A stretch of DNA of 64,000 bases from Octopus vulgaris (GCA_951406725.2 OX597822.1:77190001-77254000), one strand, 5' to 3'; shown: positions 1 through 15,574, counted from the stretch's first letter. Made by a program: numbers and translations. Notes: generated by a model from the sequence alone, not told the origin.

Positions 1-691
1 GGCTTTTTAATGGACGCTGTCTTGTGCATAAAATGATTATTAATTATTTAATCACTTCGCCGAGTAAGCATTGCATACGTTTTAGTCTAGCCATTCTAGT
101 TAACGCCTGGTTTGTTTTTAATTTAAATAGCGAATGTTATGATTTCCCATTGTAAACAGAAAGATGAGGAGTAACTGTGTTTTCGATGAATTATAAAGCA
201 TATCAGGATTATCTTGCTTGTTTTTCTGTATAGAAAGATAATATCAAAATGTAATTACATCTGCTTAATTTCGACAGTGAGGCTTTTAAAATCAGTAGTT
301 TAGTAGCATTAAATTTATCTGTTTTACACATACATGGTGTATTAGCATTATATATTTGTGTGTGTGTGTGTGTACGTTATGTGGGTGAGTGCATTTGTAA
401 GTACCTAGTACATATATACATACACACACATATATGAAGTTTTGAATGGAAAGAGGTCTTTCACAGAGATGTATTTTATTCAAGCGTATACCGGGTTAGC
501 TCCATATCGATTAATATACTTGGAACCCATTAGTTTGTATTAGTATCAATGTTAACGCTTATGAAGTTCCAGTAGTCGTTATGTTTTCATCCATTCGATA
601 TAGGGGAGCAGAATTTTAAACATATGATATAAGGAAAAAGGAGAGTTTGAGGGGGAAAAATCAATTTATTTACCTAACAGTCAATTTCATA

Positions 692-784
692 TCGCCTACG
701 TACGTTTCAATTTCTTACCTTCAGTCATATTTTGCAACTAAGATTGCATTATGCATTTAAAAGGTAAAAATCACTTCAGGGCAA
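692..784 (-). ncRNA. Minimal type-I hammerhead-ribozyme-like motif (Penelope-type), one core substitution
   Basis: Minus strand reads ttgcc-CTGAAGT-[stem II gatttttaccttt...gaaggtaagaaatt]-GAAAC-GTAC-GTA-ggcga. Stem I is 5 bp (one G-U), stem III is the perfect palindrome ACGTACGT, the cleavage triplet is GUA, and A9 is replaced by U. Confidence 0.6.
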
Positions 785-1318
785 AAATTGACAAAAATTA
801 ATTCCCATCCTAATGGATAAAGAGTTGCTTACCAACTGAAATATCAGCATGTGTTTATGTGTTTGTTTGTATCAGCATGTGCGTTTTTTTCATTCCTTTC
901 TTAAAATAGCTTGGGATTAAACTATGAACACAGTGAACAATGGTTAGTTTGGGGTTTGAGGAACTGGGTCATACTACCATTTCCCTTAATGGAATTTAGT
1001 GTTTTTATAAAGACTGTCTACCACTCATATATATATATATATATATACATGTATGCAGATACGCATACTCACACATACACGACACATGCCTAGAAAAAAC
1101 AAAAGTCCGAGTAAGGTTACTAAAACTGTACAACTGAAATGACAGGTGGCTTAGGAATTAGAAAGAATTTCACCAATGCATGGAAGAAAGCTGAAAGAAA
1201 TCTATCAATAAGTTGTTTAGTTGTTTAGTCATACACCATCCCTTGTGGAGTAGATCCGTGATCAAAGTCGTTCCAGTTATGACCATCTTGTCTTTGTCCC
1301 AAGCATAATACATATATG

Positions 1319-1610
1319 GATGAAGGTGCGTGGGTCAGTGGTTAGAGTGTTGAACTCATGAACTAGCGATCGTGGGTCCGATTCCTAAACCAGACGATGC
1401 GTTATCCTCTTCAGCAAGACACTTCATTCATTTCACGTTGCTGTAAATGGGTAACCCTGGAACGGACTAGCCTTCCAATCAGCGGGGACGTTGGTCTGCT
1501 CGCCTAGCCAGCTGCGTGGCATTTTCGAAAGCTAAAACGGTGCAAATCACATTGCGACCAGCGATGTATAACAACATTTGATAGCCTGCTTGATCACGTG
1601 ATCACGTGAT
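1319..1610 (+). mobile_element. tRNA-derived SINE, head type C, tail a
   Basis: Head TGAAGGTGCGTGGGTCAGTGGTTAG (A box) and GGTCCGATTCC (B box), followed by tcttcagcaagacacttca; the same head recurs at 28586, 33822, 48299 and 58846. Confidence 0.7.
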
Positions 1611-2001
1611 AATGCATACTGAATCACATTATCCAACGTCTCCTTTCATTTTTGCGATGATACGTTGGTAATCTGAGGGAAATTTTGTTGCTATTTCTAC
1701 AAAGTTGAGCTACCACGTAAAGACACCTACTTTGACTCGACTATCGAAGAATGTAAAACATAAACGCAATTCTTTGAATGGGAAATTTTATTTGTCGTCG
1801 ACATTGCTGACTTCAATGATTAAAATTATGCTACTATCGAAATAGCCTGGAGGGTAAGTAGGCTTTGTTGTGTGAAGTCGGACTTCAGGTATGTTGTCTG
1901 AAGTTGCTGCTATTGTTCATGCTGTTATTTAACCCCTCCAAGCCAGCATTTACCACACTTACCTTTGATCAGATGCGTCCGGGGTGCAAGACATTCTTTA
2001 C

Positions 2002-2032
<31 letters not shown>

Positions 2033-2454
2033 GGAGGGAGTACACAAAGGACAATCTTAACCAATGACTCTTATTTTTAGCAGACGGTGTGACCTCTTAA
2101 CAGCTCACAAAGTGATGTGAATGATATTAGCCACGGCGCAACACATTGATTCGCAACACATTTCTTCTTCTTCTACTACAACTACTACTCCCACAACATG
2201 CACTCTACAGGTCTGATACCCGACAGAACTCAACTCTGATTACACAACACATAATACAAGCACTAATGCAACACAAGACTACAGTCAAACCTCTTAACAA
2301 ATCAAACTGATGCAACACAATGCCGGGAAGATTCTGCTCCCCACCCCAACCAAAAAAAAAATTCTGTTCACACCTCAGCAACACGGAGTTGCAGCAGGTG
2401 ATGCAGTAGACATTTGTCTGAAACTATAAAAATATCAAATAATAATCATGACAA

Positions 2455-3940
2455 CGGGTTCAAATCCTGGCACTGGGACAGTTTTTGAGGGGAGGGGGAA
2501 ATCGATCAGTTCGTCTCCGGTACTTGACTTGTATTTATTCTCATCGACCCTGAAATTATGAAAGGTAAAGTCGACTTCGGCGAAATTTGAGCTCAGATCG
2601 TAAAGATGGACGAAATACCTATTTCTTTACTACCCGCAAGGAGTTAAACACAGAGAGGACAAACAAGGACAGACAAACGGATTAAGTCGATTATATCGAC
2701 CCCAGTGCGTAACTGGTACTTATTTAATCGACCCCGAAAGGATGAAAGGTAAAGTCGACCTCAGCGGAACTTGAACTCAGAACATAACGGCAGACGAAAT
2801 ACCGCTAAGCATTTTGTCCGACGAGCTAACAATTCTGCCAGCGCGCCGCTTTTTGCCACCTTAATAATCCTTTGTACCTATTATTATTAAGCTGGGATTA
2901 TTAAGGTGGGAGGGAACTAGTCGATTAAATCGACCCCAATACTTGACTTGTACTTATTTTATCGACCCCGAAAAGGCGAAAGTCAAAGTCGATCTGGGCG
3001 GAATTTGAACTCAGAACGTAAGGACGGACGAAATGCCGCTAAGCATTCTAACTGGCATGCTAACGATTCTTTTCTACTCTAGGCACAAGGCCAGAAATTT
3101 TGGGGGAGGGAGCCAGTCGATTAGATCGACCTAGTACGCAGCTGATACTTAATTTATCGACCCCGGAAGGATGAAAGGCAAAGTCGACCTCGGCGGAATT
3201 TGAACTCAGAATGTAATGACAGACGAAATACTGCTAAGCATTTCGCCCGGCGTGTTAGCGTTTCAGCCAGCTCGCCAAGGATTATTACGTTGTCAGTTCA
3301 AATTCCACCTAGAATCATTTTGCCTTTCATCCTTTCGGGGCCGATTAAATAAGTACCAATTACGCACTGGAGTCGACATAATCGACTTAATCCGTTTATC
3401 TGTCCTTGTTTGTCCTCTCTGTGTTTAGCCCCTTGTGGGTAGTTAAGAAATAGGTATTTCGTTTGCTGCTACGTTCTGAGTTCAAATTCTGCCGGGGTTG
3501 ACTTTGACTTAAATCCTTTCGGGCTCGATAAATTAAGTACTAGTGAAATACTCGGGTCAATGTAATCGACTACTCCCTTCCCGCCAAATTTCAAGTTTTG
3601 AGCTTTTAGTAGAAAGGATTATAGGCTTAAGAAAAACAATTTTAGGGAAGGCAGTAAGTCGATTAGATCGACCCAGCGCTCAGCTGGTTCTTATTTTATC
3701 GATCCCGGAAAGGATGAATGGCAAAGCCGACGTCAACGGAAATTGAACTCAGGACATAAAGAGTCGCAAGAACTATTGGTTTGAAATGTTGGTCCAAAAC
3801 CAGCTGTTTATTGATATGGGGGTAAGTCGATTATATCGACCCCTGCACCCACTGGTATTTATTTTATCAACCCGGAAAGTATGAAAGGCAAAGTCGACCT
3901 CGGCGAAATTCGAACTCAGAACATGAAGACGGACGAAATG
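2455..3940. mobile_element. Cluster of about 8 cores of SINE type B in both orientations
   Basis: Repeated core GAGTTCAAATTCCGCCGAGGTCGACTTTGCCTTTCATCCTTTCGGGGTCGAT or its reverse complement near 2560, 2750, 2980, 3180, 3320, 3500, 3720 and 3890. Confidence 0.85.
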
Positions 3941-4387
3941 GCGCAGAAGTGGCTGTGTGGTAAGAAGCTTGTTTACCAATCACATGGTTCCGAATTCAGT
4001 CTTATTGCGCGGCAACTTGGGCAAGTGTCTTCTACCATAGCCTCGGGCTGACCAAAGCCTTATGAGTGGATTTGGTAGACGGAAACTGAAAGAAGCCCGT
4101 CGTATATATATATATCTATATGTGTGTGTGAGTGTGTATGTGTGTGTATGTGTGTATGTATGTATGTACTACGTAATTGTGTGTTTGTGTTTGTCTTTAT
4201 CCTCCCACCATTGCTTGGCAACCGATGTTGGTGTGTTTACGCCCCCGTCATTAGCGATTCAGCAAAAAGAGGCCGCCGACAGAATAAGTACTAGGCTTAC
4301 AAATAATAAGTGATGGGATCGATTTGTTCGACTAAAGGCCGTGCTCCAGCATGGCCGCGGTCAAATGACTCAAACAAGTAAAAGAAT
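3941..4387 (+). mobile_element. tRNA-derived SINE type A with internal microsatellite
   Basis: Head GTGGCTGTGTGGTAAG...TTCAGTC, then CTTGGGCAAGTGTCTT, an internal (TA/TG)n tract, and the 3' tail GTGCTCCAGCATGGCCGCGGTCAAATGACT...AGTAAAAGA. Confidence 0.85.
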
Positions 4388-4712
4388 AGCAGAATAAAAG
4401 CTAAAGATTCCGCCGCGCGCCGCTTTTTCGCGGCCTTAAAACTGATAATGATGACTGCATGTGCATGTGCATCATCGACAGCAGCAGCAACAACATCATC
4501 GACAGCAGTATCAAGATGCACGATGCTGCATCAACGGCAGCAGAAGCAGCCAACATAAATACCAGCAACAGAAGTGCTATATGCAACATTGTAAAGTGTA
4601 GTGAAATTAACTCGCACCGATTCAAACCGCTCCTCCTCCTACTACTACTACTACTCTCCTCTCGTAATTATGCATTCATACACGCGCACGTGCTTGTACG
4701 GGCACGCAAGGG

Positions 4713-4743
<31 letters not shown>

Positions 4744-4887
4744 CGAGAGAGAGAAGTGGGGAGACAGAGAAGGGTGTATACGGCAGCAAAAATATACACA
4801 GCCGTAAAGGCTGAAGAAAGAATACAAACTCGTATAACTAGACAAACAAACGAAAACCACACGCTCTCGCCCTTACGTATTTATATA

Positions 4888-4939
<52 letters not shown>

Positions 4940-5189
4940 TGTGTGTGTGTATCTGTGTGTTGTAGGCAAGTGGAGGCCAGGGGTGACTTAGCCACACCCT
5001 GAAAAACTTTGCAGCCCGCCCCTTCTAGCATTTATTATACAATAAATACGCTCCGTAAAACATTACTATTGCGAAAATATGAGACTCTATTAAGATTAAT
5101 TAAGCCGCACCAGAAGTTATTAGTCTGTCTGCAAATCCGTGTACCTCTGTCTGTATGTATATATATATATCTATTTATATATTTCTATG

Positions 5190-5323
<134 letters not shown>

Positions 5324-5736
5324 CACATATATTATTCGCACCTCATACGCACTCGCAATCTCTCGATCGGTGACTTCTGTATATATACAAATGGGTACAA
5401 TTACGTAGTTAAACACCAGCTATATGTGTATGCGTGTGCGTGTGAGTATGTTTGAGTGTATGCATGTATGTATATACATATATATAGAAAGCGAGAGAGA
5501 GAGAGAAAAAGAGAGAGAGAAAGAGAGAGAGAGAGATTCATACATACGTACATACATACATGCATATATGCTCACCTACTCATACCTGCAAGTACAAGCC
5601 ATACCTATTATACATGCAAACTCACTCAGACAAACGTAGATTCATACACACACCCCTTCTTACAAATACACACACAAACTCTATTTCCTTCCTTTACCAT
5701 TACCTATATCTACAACCCCTATCTTGTGCCTGCACT

Positions 5737-5813
<77 letters not shown>

Positions 5814-6476
5814 CATGTATGTATGGATGGATGGATGTGCGTATATGTGTATGTATGTACGTGTGTATGTTAGTCACTTTCCTCTCACTTCAAACATCTC
5901 GCGCGTGCACACACTCACACACACACACACACACAGAATGCTAGAAATTGCAGGTAAATGATCCTCGTGAAGTAACATTCTAGCGCTTTAAATTTGCAAG
6001 AATACATTGCATCATGTAGTCCTAGGTGATCAATGCCTGCAAAATGATAGATGGTCATATAGTGATTGTCCTTGGTCATCCATCTTTTCGCTCGTGGCTC
6101 ACCTGGCCCTTCAAAACCACACTTACTACAGCACAGAGCAGAAGAGGAAAGCTCAGCGCGATCGCTCGACCTGCGAGACATAGCAGCCAAGTTCTGCGTT
6201 AAAAAAGGTAAGAACACGTAGGATAAAAGAAATCTTTAAATAGACGGGACGGCCATGATTGGAATACTTTTGATATACGTACAGATGTCACTTTCATACG
6301 TGGATATAAACATACAAAGAAAACCTAACATTACTCATACACGCACACACACATACACACACATATGCACATGCACACATGCACTCAACAGGATTCCGCA
6401 CAGTTTCAATTTCCAAAGTATGTATCGGATTCCATACCAAACAGTGTCGGAGCTAGAGTGCGTGTGTGTGTGTGTG

Positions 6477-6535
<59 letters not shown>

Positions 6536-6584
6536 CATCGGGGGTAATTTACTGAGCCGAACCCCACCTCGAGCCTTGAAGCCT

Positions 6585-6803
6585 GGAAGAAACGTTAGCG
6601 CGCCGGGCGAAATGCTTAGCGGTATTTCGTCTGCCGTTACGTTCTGAGTTCAAATTCCGCCGAGGTTGACTTTGCTTTTCATCCTATCGAGATCGATAAA
6701 TTAAGTACCGGTTACGCACTGGGGTTGATGTAATCGACTTAATCCGTTTGTCTATCCTTGTTTGTCCCCTCTATGTTTAGCCCCTTGTGGGTAATAAAGA
6801 AAC
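6585..6803 (+). mobile_element. SINE type B monomer (head-core-tail A)
   Basis: gaaacgttagcgcgccgggcgaaatgcttagcggtatttcg, the core, then gccccttgtgggtaataaagaaa. Confidence 0.85.
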
Positions 6804-7796
6804 ATATATACCGGCTTGTAGCGCAGGCCCAAAAGTGCAACCCTGCCCCATCATTAAAGTGTCACCCGGGGGGTGAGGGCGGACAGCCTCACTCTCGTCT
6901 CCGCTCTTACCCCCAGTCCACCCCACCCCCACCCGCCCCACGACCCGTGCTACTGATTTTCGAAAAATGGTATCGCGCAGTTCGATCGAACCCGGAACCA
7001 CGTGGTTTCGAAGCGAACTTCTCGACTGCACACCTCGACTCTGTGAGTGTGTGTGTGTGGTGGTGGGGGGGGGAGAAAGAGAGGGGGGAAAAGTCTACGC
7101 TTACTGCACGCCAACTCAACACAATAGGTATACTCCATTAAAATAAGCACAACATGTATAAACAATGTTTCTCCCGATCTTTCTCTTCGCTCTCTCACTC
7201 TCTCACTCACTCACTCACTCTGTCTCTCTCATTCGCTCCCTCTCGCTCATTCTGTCGCTCTTTGTCTCTATCTAACTAACTGTCTATTTCTCTCACATAC
7301 ACAAAGATATCATATGTAACGCACGCAACCGCCAACAAGTACTTTTTCTTACACAACCTCTACCACACCTTCTTCTCTTTATCTCTCTCTCTCTCTCTCT
7401 CTCGCACACGCACACATATACAGGTACTTCTCTTCTCATACTCCACACACACAAACATACGCACGCACGCACGCACGCACTCTCAGTTTCGCGGATATAC
7501 TTCCAAACATTTCTCTCACACCCCTCTCTCTCTCTCTCTCACTCTCTCTCTGTCTCTCTCTGCACCACCTTCCCCCATACAACAGCACATACCTATCCAC
7601 TCACAAAGCACATGCATTCTAAACACATTCACACACACAAACACACAACCAGCTGAGCCAGTAGCTGGTACAGCAGCGTTCAGCTAGTACGAAGCTGACG
7701 GAAAGTGGGCGCGAACGCTAGTTTCAGGACTTGGCAAGGACAGACCTTCCATGGAGTAGAATGTAAGTATATATAAGTGTACATACCATACCATAC

Positions 7797-8454
<658 letters not shown>

Positions 8455-8460
<6 letters not shown>

Positions 8461-8853
8461 CTTTGTGTAAGTCATAAGACAGCGGCCAAGCTGGGGCACA
8501 GCCTTGAAAGAATTTTACTCTAACGCATCCACATCAGTGCTTCAGTTTTTTTTTAAACCCGGTACTTACTCTGTCGGTCCCTGTTGCCGAACCGCCAATG
8601 TTACGCGGACGTAAACACGCCAACACTGGCTGTCAAGCGGTGATGCGGGAGAAACACAGACACAAAGACACACACACATACGGGCGCGTGCACACAGATA
8701 ACAGGCCTCTTTCAAGGTCCGTCTGCCAAATCCACTTACAGGTCTTTGGTAGCCCCAAGGCTGTAGTACAAGAGACTTGCGCAAGGTGTCACGCAATGGG
8801 ACTGAACCTAGAACCATGTGGTTGGGAAACAAACTGCTTACCACGCGGCCACA
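8455..8853 (-). mobile_element. SINE type A, diverged
   Basis: Reverse-complement match to the type A head, middle and tail. Confidence 0.75.
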
Positions 8854-8931
8854 CCTGATATGCATGCATACATGTATGTATGCATGCAAGTATGCATATA
8901 TGTATGCCTGTATGTATGCATGCATGTATGC

Positions 8932-8964
<33 letters not shown>

Positions 8965-9069
8965 TGTATGTATGTATGTGTTTGTATGTATACATATATA
9001 AAATTAGAATATTTATAGGTTTGTGCTATGTACATTTTCGTGTCGATATATTTGTGCATGTAGGGTGTC

Positions 9070-9644
9070 GAGGTGGCAAAATCGTTAGCAAGCCAGGCGA
9101 TATGCTTAGCAGTATTTCGTCTGTCTTTATGTTCTGAGTTCAAATTCCGCCGAGGTCGACTTTGCCATTCATCCTTTCGGGGTCGATTAAATAAGTACCA
9201 GTTACGCACTGGGATCGATATAATCGTCTTAATACCTATGCCTGTCCTTGTTTGTCCTCTCTGTGTTTACCCCCTTATGGGCAGTAAAGAAATAGGTATT
9301 TCGTCTGCCGCTACATTCTGAGTTCAAATTCCGCCGAGGTCGACTTTGCCTTTCATCCTTTCGGGGCCGATTAAATAAGTACCAGTTACGCACTGGGGTC
9401 GATATAATCGACTTAATCCGTTTGTCTGTCCTTGTTTGTCCCCTCTGTGTTTAGCCCCTTATGGGTAGTAAAGAAATAGGTATTTCGTCTGTCTTTATGT
9501 TCTGAGTTCAAATTCCACTGAGGTCGACTTTGCCTTCCATCCTTTCTGGGTCGATAAATTAAGTACCAGTTGCATACTGAAGTCGATCTACTCGATCGCC
9601 CCCTCCCCCAAAATTTCGAGTCTTGTGCCTTAGCGTAGAAAAGG
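9070..9644 (+). mobile_element. SINE type B trimer: head-(core-tail A)x2-core-tail B
   Basis: (a/g)gtatttcgtc at 9111, 9295 and 9479 gives a 184-bp period; ends cttgtgccttagcgtagaaaagga. Confidence 0.9.
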
Positions 9645-10112
9645 ATATATTTGTGCATGTCTATGTATATATTTAATGTATGTTTGTCATGTGTATCTAT
9701 TGATGCATCTCGTTTTTGATCTATATGCATAAATAATGAAACATCAATGTGCAAAAATAACTAAAGATTTGCTGTTATTTCTTTCTCTTTCTTTCTCTCT
9801 CTGTATTTATATATCTCACACAAATATAATTTTACATGCACGCACATATATTTGTATATAATGTATATATACCCCCCCACACACACACACAATGCATACA
9901 TGTATACATATACATACATGTATGCATACATGTATACATACACATATACATACGCGCGTACACATACATACATACATACATACATACATACATACATACA
10001 TACATACATACATACATACATACACATAGCAATTCTTACCCTGTGGAACTTGTTTTATTGTTTTGTTTCTTTAGTTGTATAGGTGAGTGACTGATACTGC
10101 ATTACCTATCAG

Positions 10113-10195
<83 letters not shown>

Positions 10196-10751
10196 ATAAA
10201 TTCACACACGCGACCACATGTAGGTATTTGTGGGTCTGTGCGCGTGAGAAAAATCTGTGTATTTGTGTATGTCAGTGTGCGGGTGTATGAGATAGAATGT
10301 GTGTGTAGATTTGTGTTTTTGTTTGTGTGTGTGTGTGACAGTGTGTGTGTGTCTGCATGTGAGTATTTATGTGTGTGTGTATGTAGTTCTATGTTTCGTT
10401 ATGTATTTACGTTGATGCATTGTGGATGCATTTTAAAGTTTAAGACTTTTGAGAGTAAAGAGGTTGAACTGGACCCAAAATAGTAGAAAGCCTTATGCAC
10501 GTATACACCTGTGTATATATATGGCTGTGAATGTATCACCATACACTCACACACACGTACACATACACACACATGCACAGATATACACGCACATATGTAT
10601 ACCTGCTATAACGGAACCCTAATACATCTCCCTAGATCCAGCCTTAGCTATAATCTTGGAACCTAACAGTCGACCAGCTGTAGCACTTACCCAGCATAAA
10701 TATTCGTTTAAATCACAAGTGAAGTAAACTTCTCATATTCTTTGTGAGTGT

Positions 10752-11150
10752 GTGTGTGTGGTAGTAGCTTGCTTACCAGCCACATGGTTCCAGATTCAGT
10801 CCCACTGCATGGCACCTTGGACAAGTGTCTTCTACTATATCCTCAGGCCGACCAAAGCCTTGTGAGTGGGTTTGGTAGACGGAAACTGAAAGAAGCCCAT
10901 CGTATATATGTATATATATATATATAATATGTATGTGTGTGTATATGTTTGTGTATCTGTGTTTGTCCCCCCAACATCGCTTGACAACCGATGCTGGTGT
11001 GTTTACGTACCCGTAACTTAGCGGTTCGGCAAAAGAGACCGATAGAATAAGTACTAGGCTTACAAAGAATAAGTCCTGGGGTCGATTTGCTTGACTAAAG
11101 ACGGTGCTCCAGCATGGCCGCAGTCAAATAACTGAAACAAGTAAAAGAGA
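10752..11150 (+). mobile_element. SINE type A
   Basis: Full head, internal microsatellite and tail as in the other copies. Confidence 0.85.
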
Positions 11151-11204
11151 TACATTTACAAATATATATTCACACAAAAACACGCATAAAGGCAGGCAGC
11201 TGGA

Positions 11205-11980
<776 letters not shown>

Positions 11981-12104
11981 ACTGGCTCTCCAAGTCGAAC
12001 CAAATTTCAAACGCCTGAAACAGGCCCCTTACTATTGGTCGTTGCCTATAAAGACAACTGAATTGCCTTAGACTTCTTGACTTTTACTTCGGCTGATACT
12101 CTCT

Positions 12105-12317
12105 CTTTACTCTTTTACTTGTTTCAGTCATTTGACTGTGGCCTTTAGTTGAGCAAATCAACCCCAGGACGTATTCTTTGTAAGTCTAGTACTTATTCTA
12201 TCGGTTTCTTTTGCCGAACCGCTAAATTACGGGGACGTAAATACACCAGCATTGGTTGTCAGGTTGTCAAGCGATGTTGGGGGAGACAAACACAGACACA
12301 CAAACGCACACACACAC

Positions 12318-12371
<54 letters not shown>

Positions 12372-12705
12372 TAATAAATAAAATATATGCATACATACAA
12401 ACATATATGTACGTACCTACATCTACATGTATATATACATGCATATATAAATATATATACGTCGGGTTCGATTCGATTCGTTCGCTTCGTTCCGTTTCTT
12501 ATTCTCCCAGTACTGTTTTATATATATATATATATATATACACAACAGGCTTCTTTCAGTTTCCGTCTACCAAATACACTTATAAGGCTTTGGTCGGCCC
12601 GAGGCTATAGTTGAAGGCACTTGCCCAAGGTGCCACGCAGTGGGACTGAACCCAGAACCATGTGGTTGGTAAGCAAGCTACTTACCACACAGCCATTCCT
12701 ACGCC
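12105..12705 (-). mobile_element. SINE type A with expanded internal microsatellite
   Basis: Tail at 12105-12140, head at 12600-12705. Confidence 0.85.
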
Positions 12706-12894
12706 TATACTGTATAAGTTGACTCAGCTCATAATCACCTACACAACATTTTGTTCGTTCCTTACATTACTGTCATGTATGCAGCCACGTGGTTCAATCT
12801 CATTGCACAGCACCTTAAGCAAGTGTCTTCTAGTCCAGCCCCGGATTTACCAATGCTTTGTGAGTGGATTTGCTGGAAGAAAACTTTGTTGAAA

Positions 12895-13170
12895 AGACCC
12901 CTTTCGGTCATGAATGACCATGGGATTGCACTTCCGAGGCACAAGTCAGGGCAAATTTCTTTGTGGGAGACCAGCAGTCGCCCATGCATACCAGCCCCCT
13001 CTCTATGCCACTGATGTTATCCAAAGGAAAGGCAAAGGAGCCGATACAGCTTGGCATCAGTGACATCACAACTCATTTCTACGGTTGAGTGAACTGGAGC
13101 AACGTGAAATAAAGTATCTTGAAATAAAGTGGGAGACGAACTCACTACCTCATGACTGTGATCAAGACGG
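12895..13170 (-). mobile_element. SINE type C, tail b (head degraded)
   Basis: Reverse complement of the tail at 48420-48620. Confidence 0.75.
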
Positions 13171-13242
13171 TCTCTCTCTCTTTCTCTCTCTCTCTCTACA
13201 TATATATATATAATATATATATATATAGCCGCCATGATAGAT

Positions 13243-13418
13243 CGTTAGCCACTACACACATTGTTTTTCTCTCCTTGTTTTTTGCTGTGTACCTTTCTGT
13301 AGAAGAGCGTAGGCTCGAAACGTAAAAGATTTTGTCTATTCCTGAGCGTTATACTAATACATCTGTTTGTCTTGTACACCACCTGTCTTCGTCTTTTGTT
13401 TTTTTCGTAAACTTTCCC
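13243..13418 (+). mobile_element. Short interspersed repeat carrying a minimal hammerhead-like motif (13293-13328); probable Penelope pLTR fragment
   Basis: cttt-CTGTAGA-a-GAGC gtag GCTC-GAAAC-GTA-aaag; homologous to 16416-16608; TA tracts on both sides. Confidence 0.6.
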
Positions 13419-13759
13419 TATATATATGGATCTGTGTCTTTGCGTTTGTGTTTGTTCACCACCACCGGTTGACATGACAACCGGTGCTGGTTTGTTAGTG
13501 GTTCCTCAAAAGGGATAACAAAGTAAATACCGGATTTACTCCTACAATATTTTTGCCACATTGTCAGGACCGAGAACCTCTAGACCCACATTCTCGAGGA
13601 CACGGTTCACGTGTGGGCAAAGATCAAATGGAGCGATGAGCTCAAATAACTAAACAAAGAGGACCTGGTGGAGGGTACGGCTACAGCACGAGACCGAAGT
13701 GTTGTGTCTGAGTTCGCTACCGCTTAACCATGACGATAGACGCCTTCGATGTGTGTGTG

Positions 13760-13836
<77 letters not shown>

Positions 13837-14865
13837 CATATATATATATTAACTGAAAACTCAAATGTAATTAACAGAAGGCTCCCTAGTATTACTGATG
13901 TCCAAAATAATCTGAATTTTCGCGACCTTTCGGCATAATATTTTTGTCACTTTTTACAAAGAGAGAAAGAAAAATTGTAAATGTGTCGACAATAAAACGT
14001 TTATTACAATACACAAGGTAAAGAGAACAGTTGTCACACAGCATTAGCGTCTCAAATCTTTTCATGAATATTACTAGGAGAGAGAGCGAAGGAGTGACAA
14101 AGAGAGGTTGGAAGATTTATGTAGAAAGAACGAGAGAAATACTTAGATCGTATCTACATTATTGGTAATAATCTTGACACACATTTCGTTGCGAAACATC
14201 GAGTAGGAATGGGTGGATGATAGAAAATCTGAAGGGTTACGTTGATCTCCTGTGGATGTAACGGATTTTTCTCCTCACAGCTTAAAAAATATTAGCAAAA
14301 GAATATGTTGAAAAGCACATTTGTTTCTAACTAAAACATGTTTTTCTCCACTTTAGATCTGCAAATAATTTTACAGCACTTTTTGTATTTGTTGTTTTTT
14401 TTTTTTCGTTGCTTTTTCTTTCTTTTTTTTCACAATATCATTTTCCATTGACAACATTGCCAAAGAATTTAATCTGCCTTGTCATGAACGACCGTAAATA
14501 TGTTTTTTATAAGCATTTCATTACTACAGCTTCTTTTTCCCCGTGACAACAGTTATGTGCAAACACATAGCATGAAGCTTCGGGCGACTGCTCAAGTTAC
14601 TATTTCTTCACTTGGCCCTGCATTTACACACAATTCATGTTTAAATTTCACTCCAGTGTCGCCATTGTTGGATAACTGACAATGCCGACATTTATAATAA
14701 TGGAACCTCTATGCAGTTACTCGACCTGCTAGAAGTAGAGACAAAGATCGCCCTCAAAATATACTCTGCAGCTTTAGCAAAAAGAACAGTAAATTATGTA
14801 GTATGAAACTAAAGACTGGGTAGTCACGGGTAGAAATCCTTTGATCATGGGTTTATTAGATCAGA

Positions 14866-15061
14866 TCAAGGCCCGAAATTTTGGGGGAGCGGACTAGTCG
14901 ATTATATCGACCCCAGTGCTTCACTGGTACTCAATTTATCGACTCCGAAAGGATGAAAGGCAAAGTCGACTTCGGTGACTTTTGAACTCAGAACGTAGCG
15001 ACGGGCGAAATACTGCTAAGCATTTCGCCCGGCGTGCTAAGGATTCTGCCAACTCGCCGCC
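14866..15061 (-). mobile_element. SINE type B monomer (head-core-tail B)
   Basis: Reverse complement of the head GGCGGCGAGTTGGCAGAATCCTTAGCACGCCGGGCG and of the core. Confidence 0.85.
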
Positions 15062-15077
15062 ATATTAGAACTAAATA

Positions 15078-15394
15078 ATACTAAGCGCAAACCTCCGCCA
15101 AGGCAACACCAACGTTCTCTCAAAGATTAGCCAAAGATGATTTTTTAAATGAGAATATCATAAATCAACTCGACTGCTCTCACAAACGAGAATACTAAAA
15201 ATGAACGCGACCGCTCTCAAAAATTAAGTAAAAATACAGGAAAAATAATCCAGAAGCCTTGTCCGATACCGGACCGATCCCAAAATCTAATCAGTTCGTA
15301 CCAGTCATGAGGCCAAAATTTCATCCAAATCCATCCAGCGGTTCTTCAGATATCTTGTCCACGGACAAACAAACACCGTTAAGGCGGTGGTAAT
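15078..15394 (+). mobile_element. Helentron-associated (HINE/DINE-like) non-autonomous element
   Basis: Subterminal inverted motif CCTCCGCC near the 5' end and GGCGGTGG(taat) at the 3' end; AAATTTCATCCAAATCC and an (ACAA)n stretch before the 3' end, as remembered for HINEs. Confidence 0.45.
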
Positions 15395-15518
15395 GATATC
15401 AAGATCATCCACAATACAAGTATAATTCTTTTAATGTTGGCAGACATCATACACACATCATATAGGAATAAATGTAGTTAAAAAAAAACAATAAAATGTA
15501 TTTGCCGGGTCGTCTGTG

Positions 15519-15563
<45 letters not shown>

Positions 15564-15574
15564 TTTCTTTCTCT

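Noticed and set aside
5915-6217. 100-aa minus-strand ORF as a host gene
   Set aside because: No recognisable domain, non-ATG start, and it ends in a (TG)n tract; kept only as part of a candidate non-coding island.
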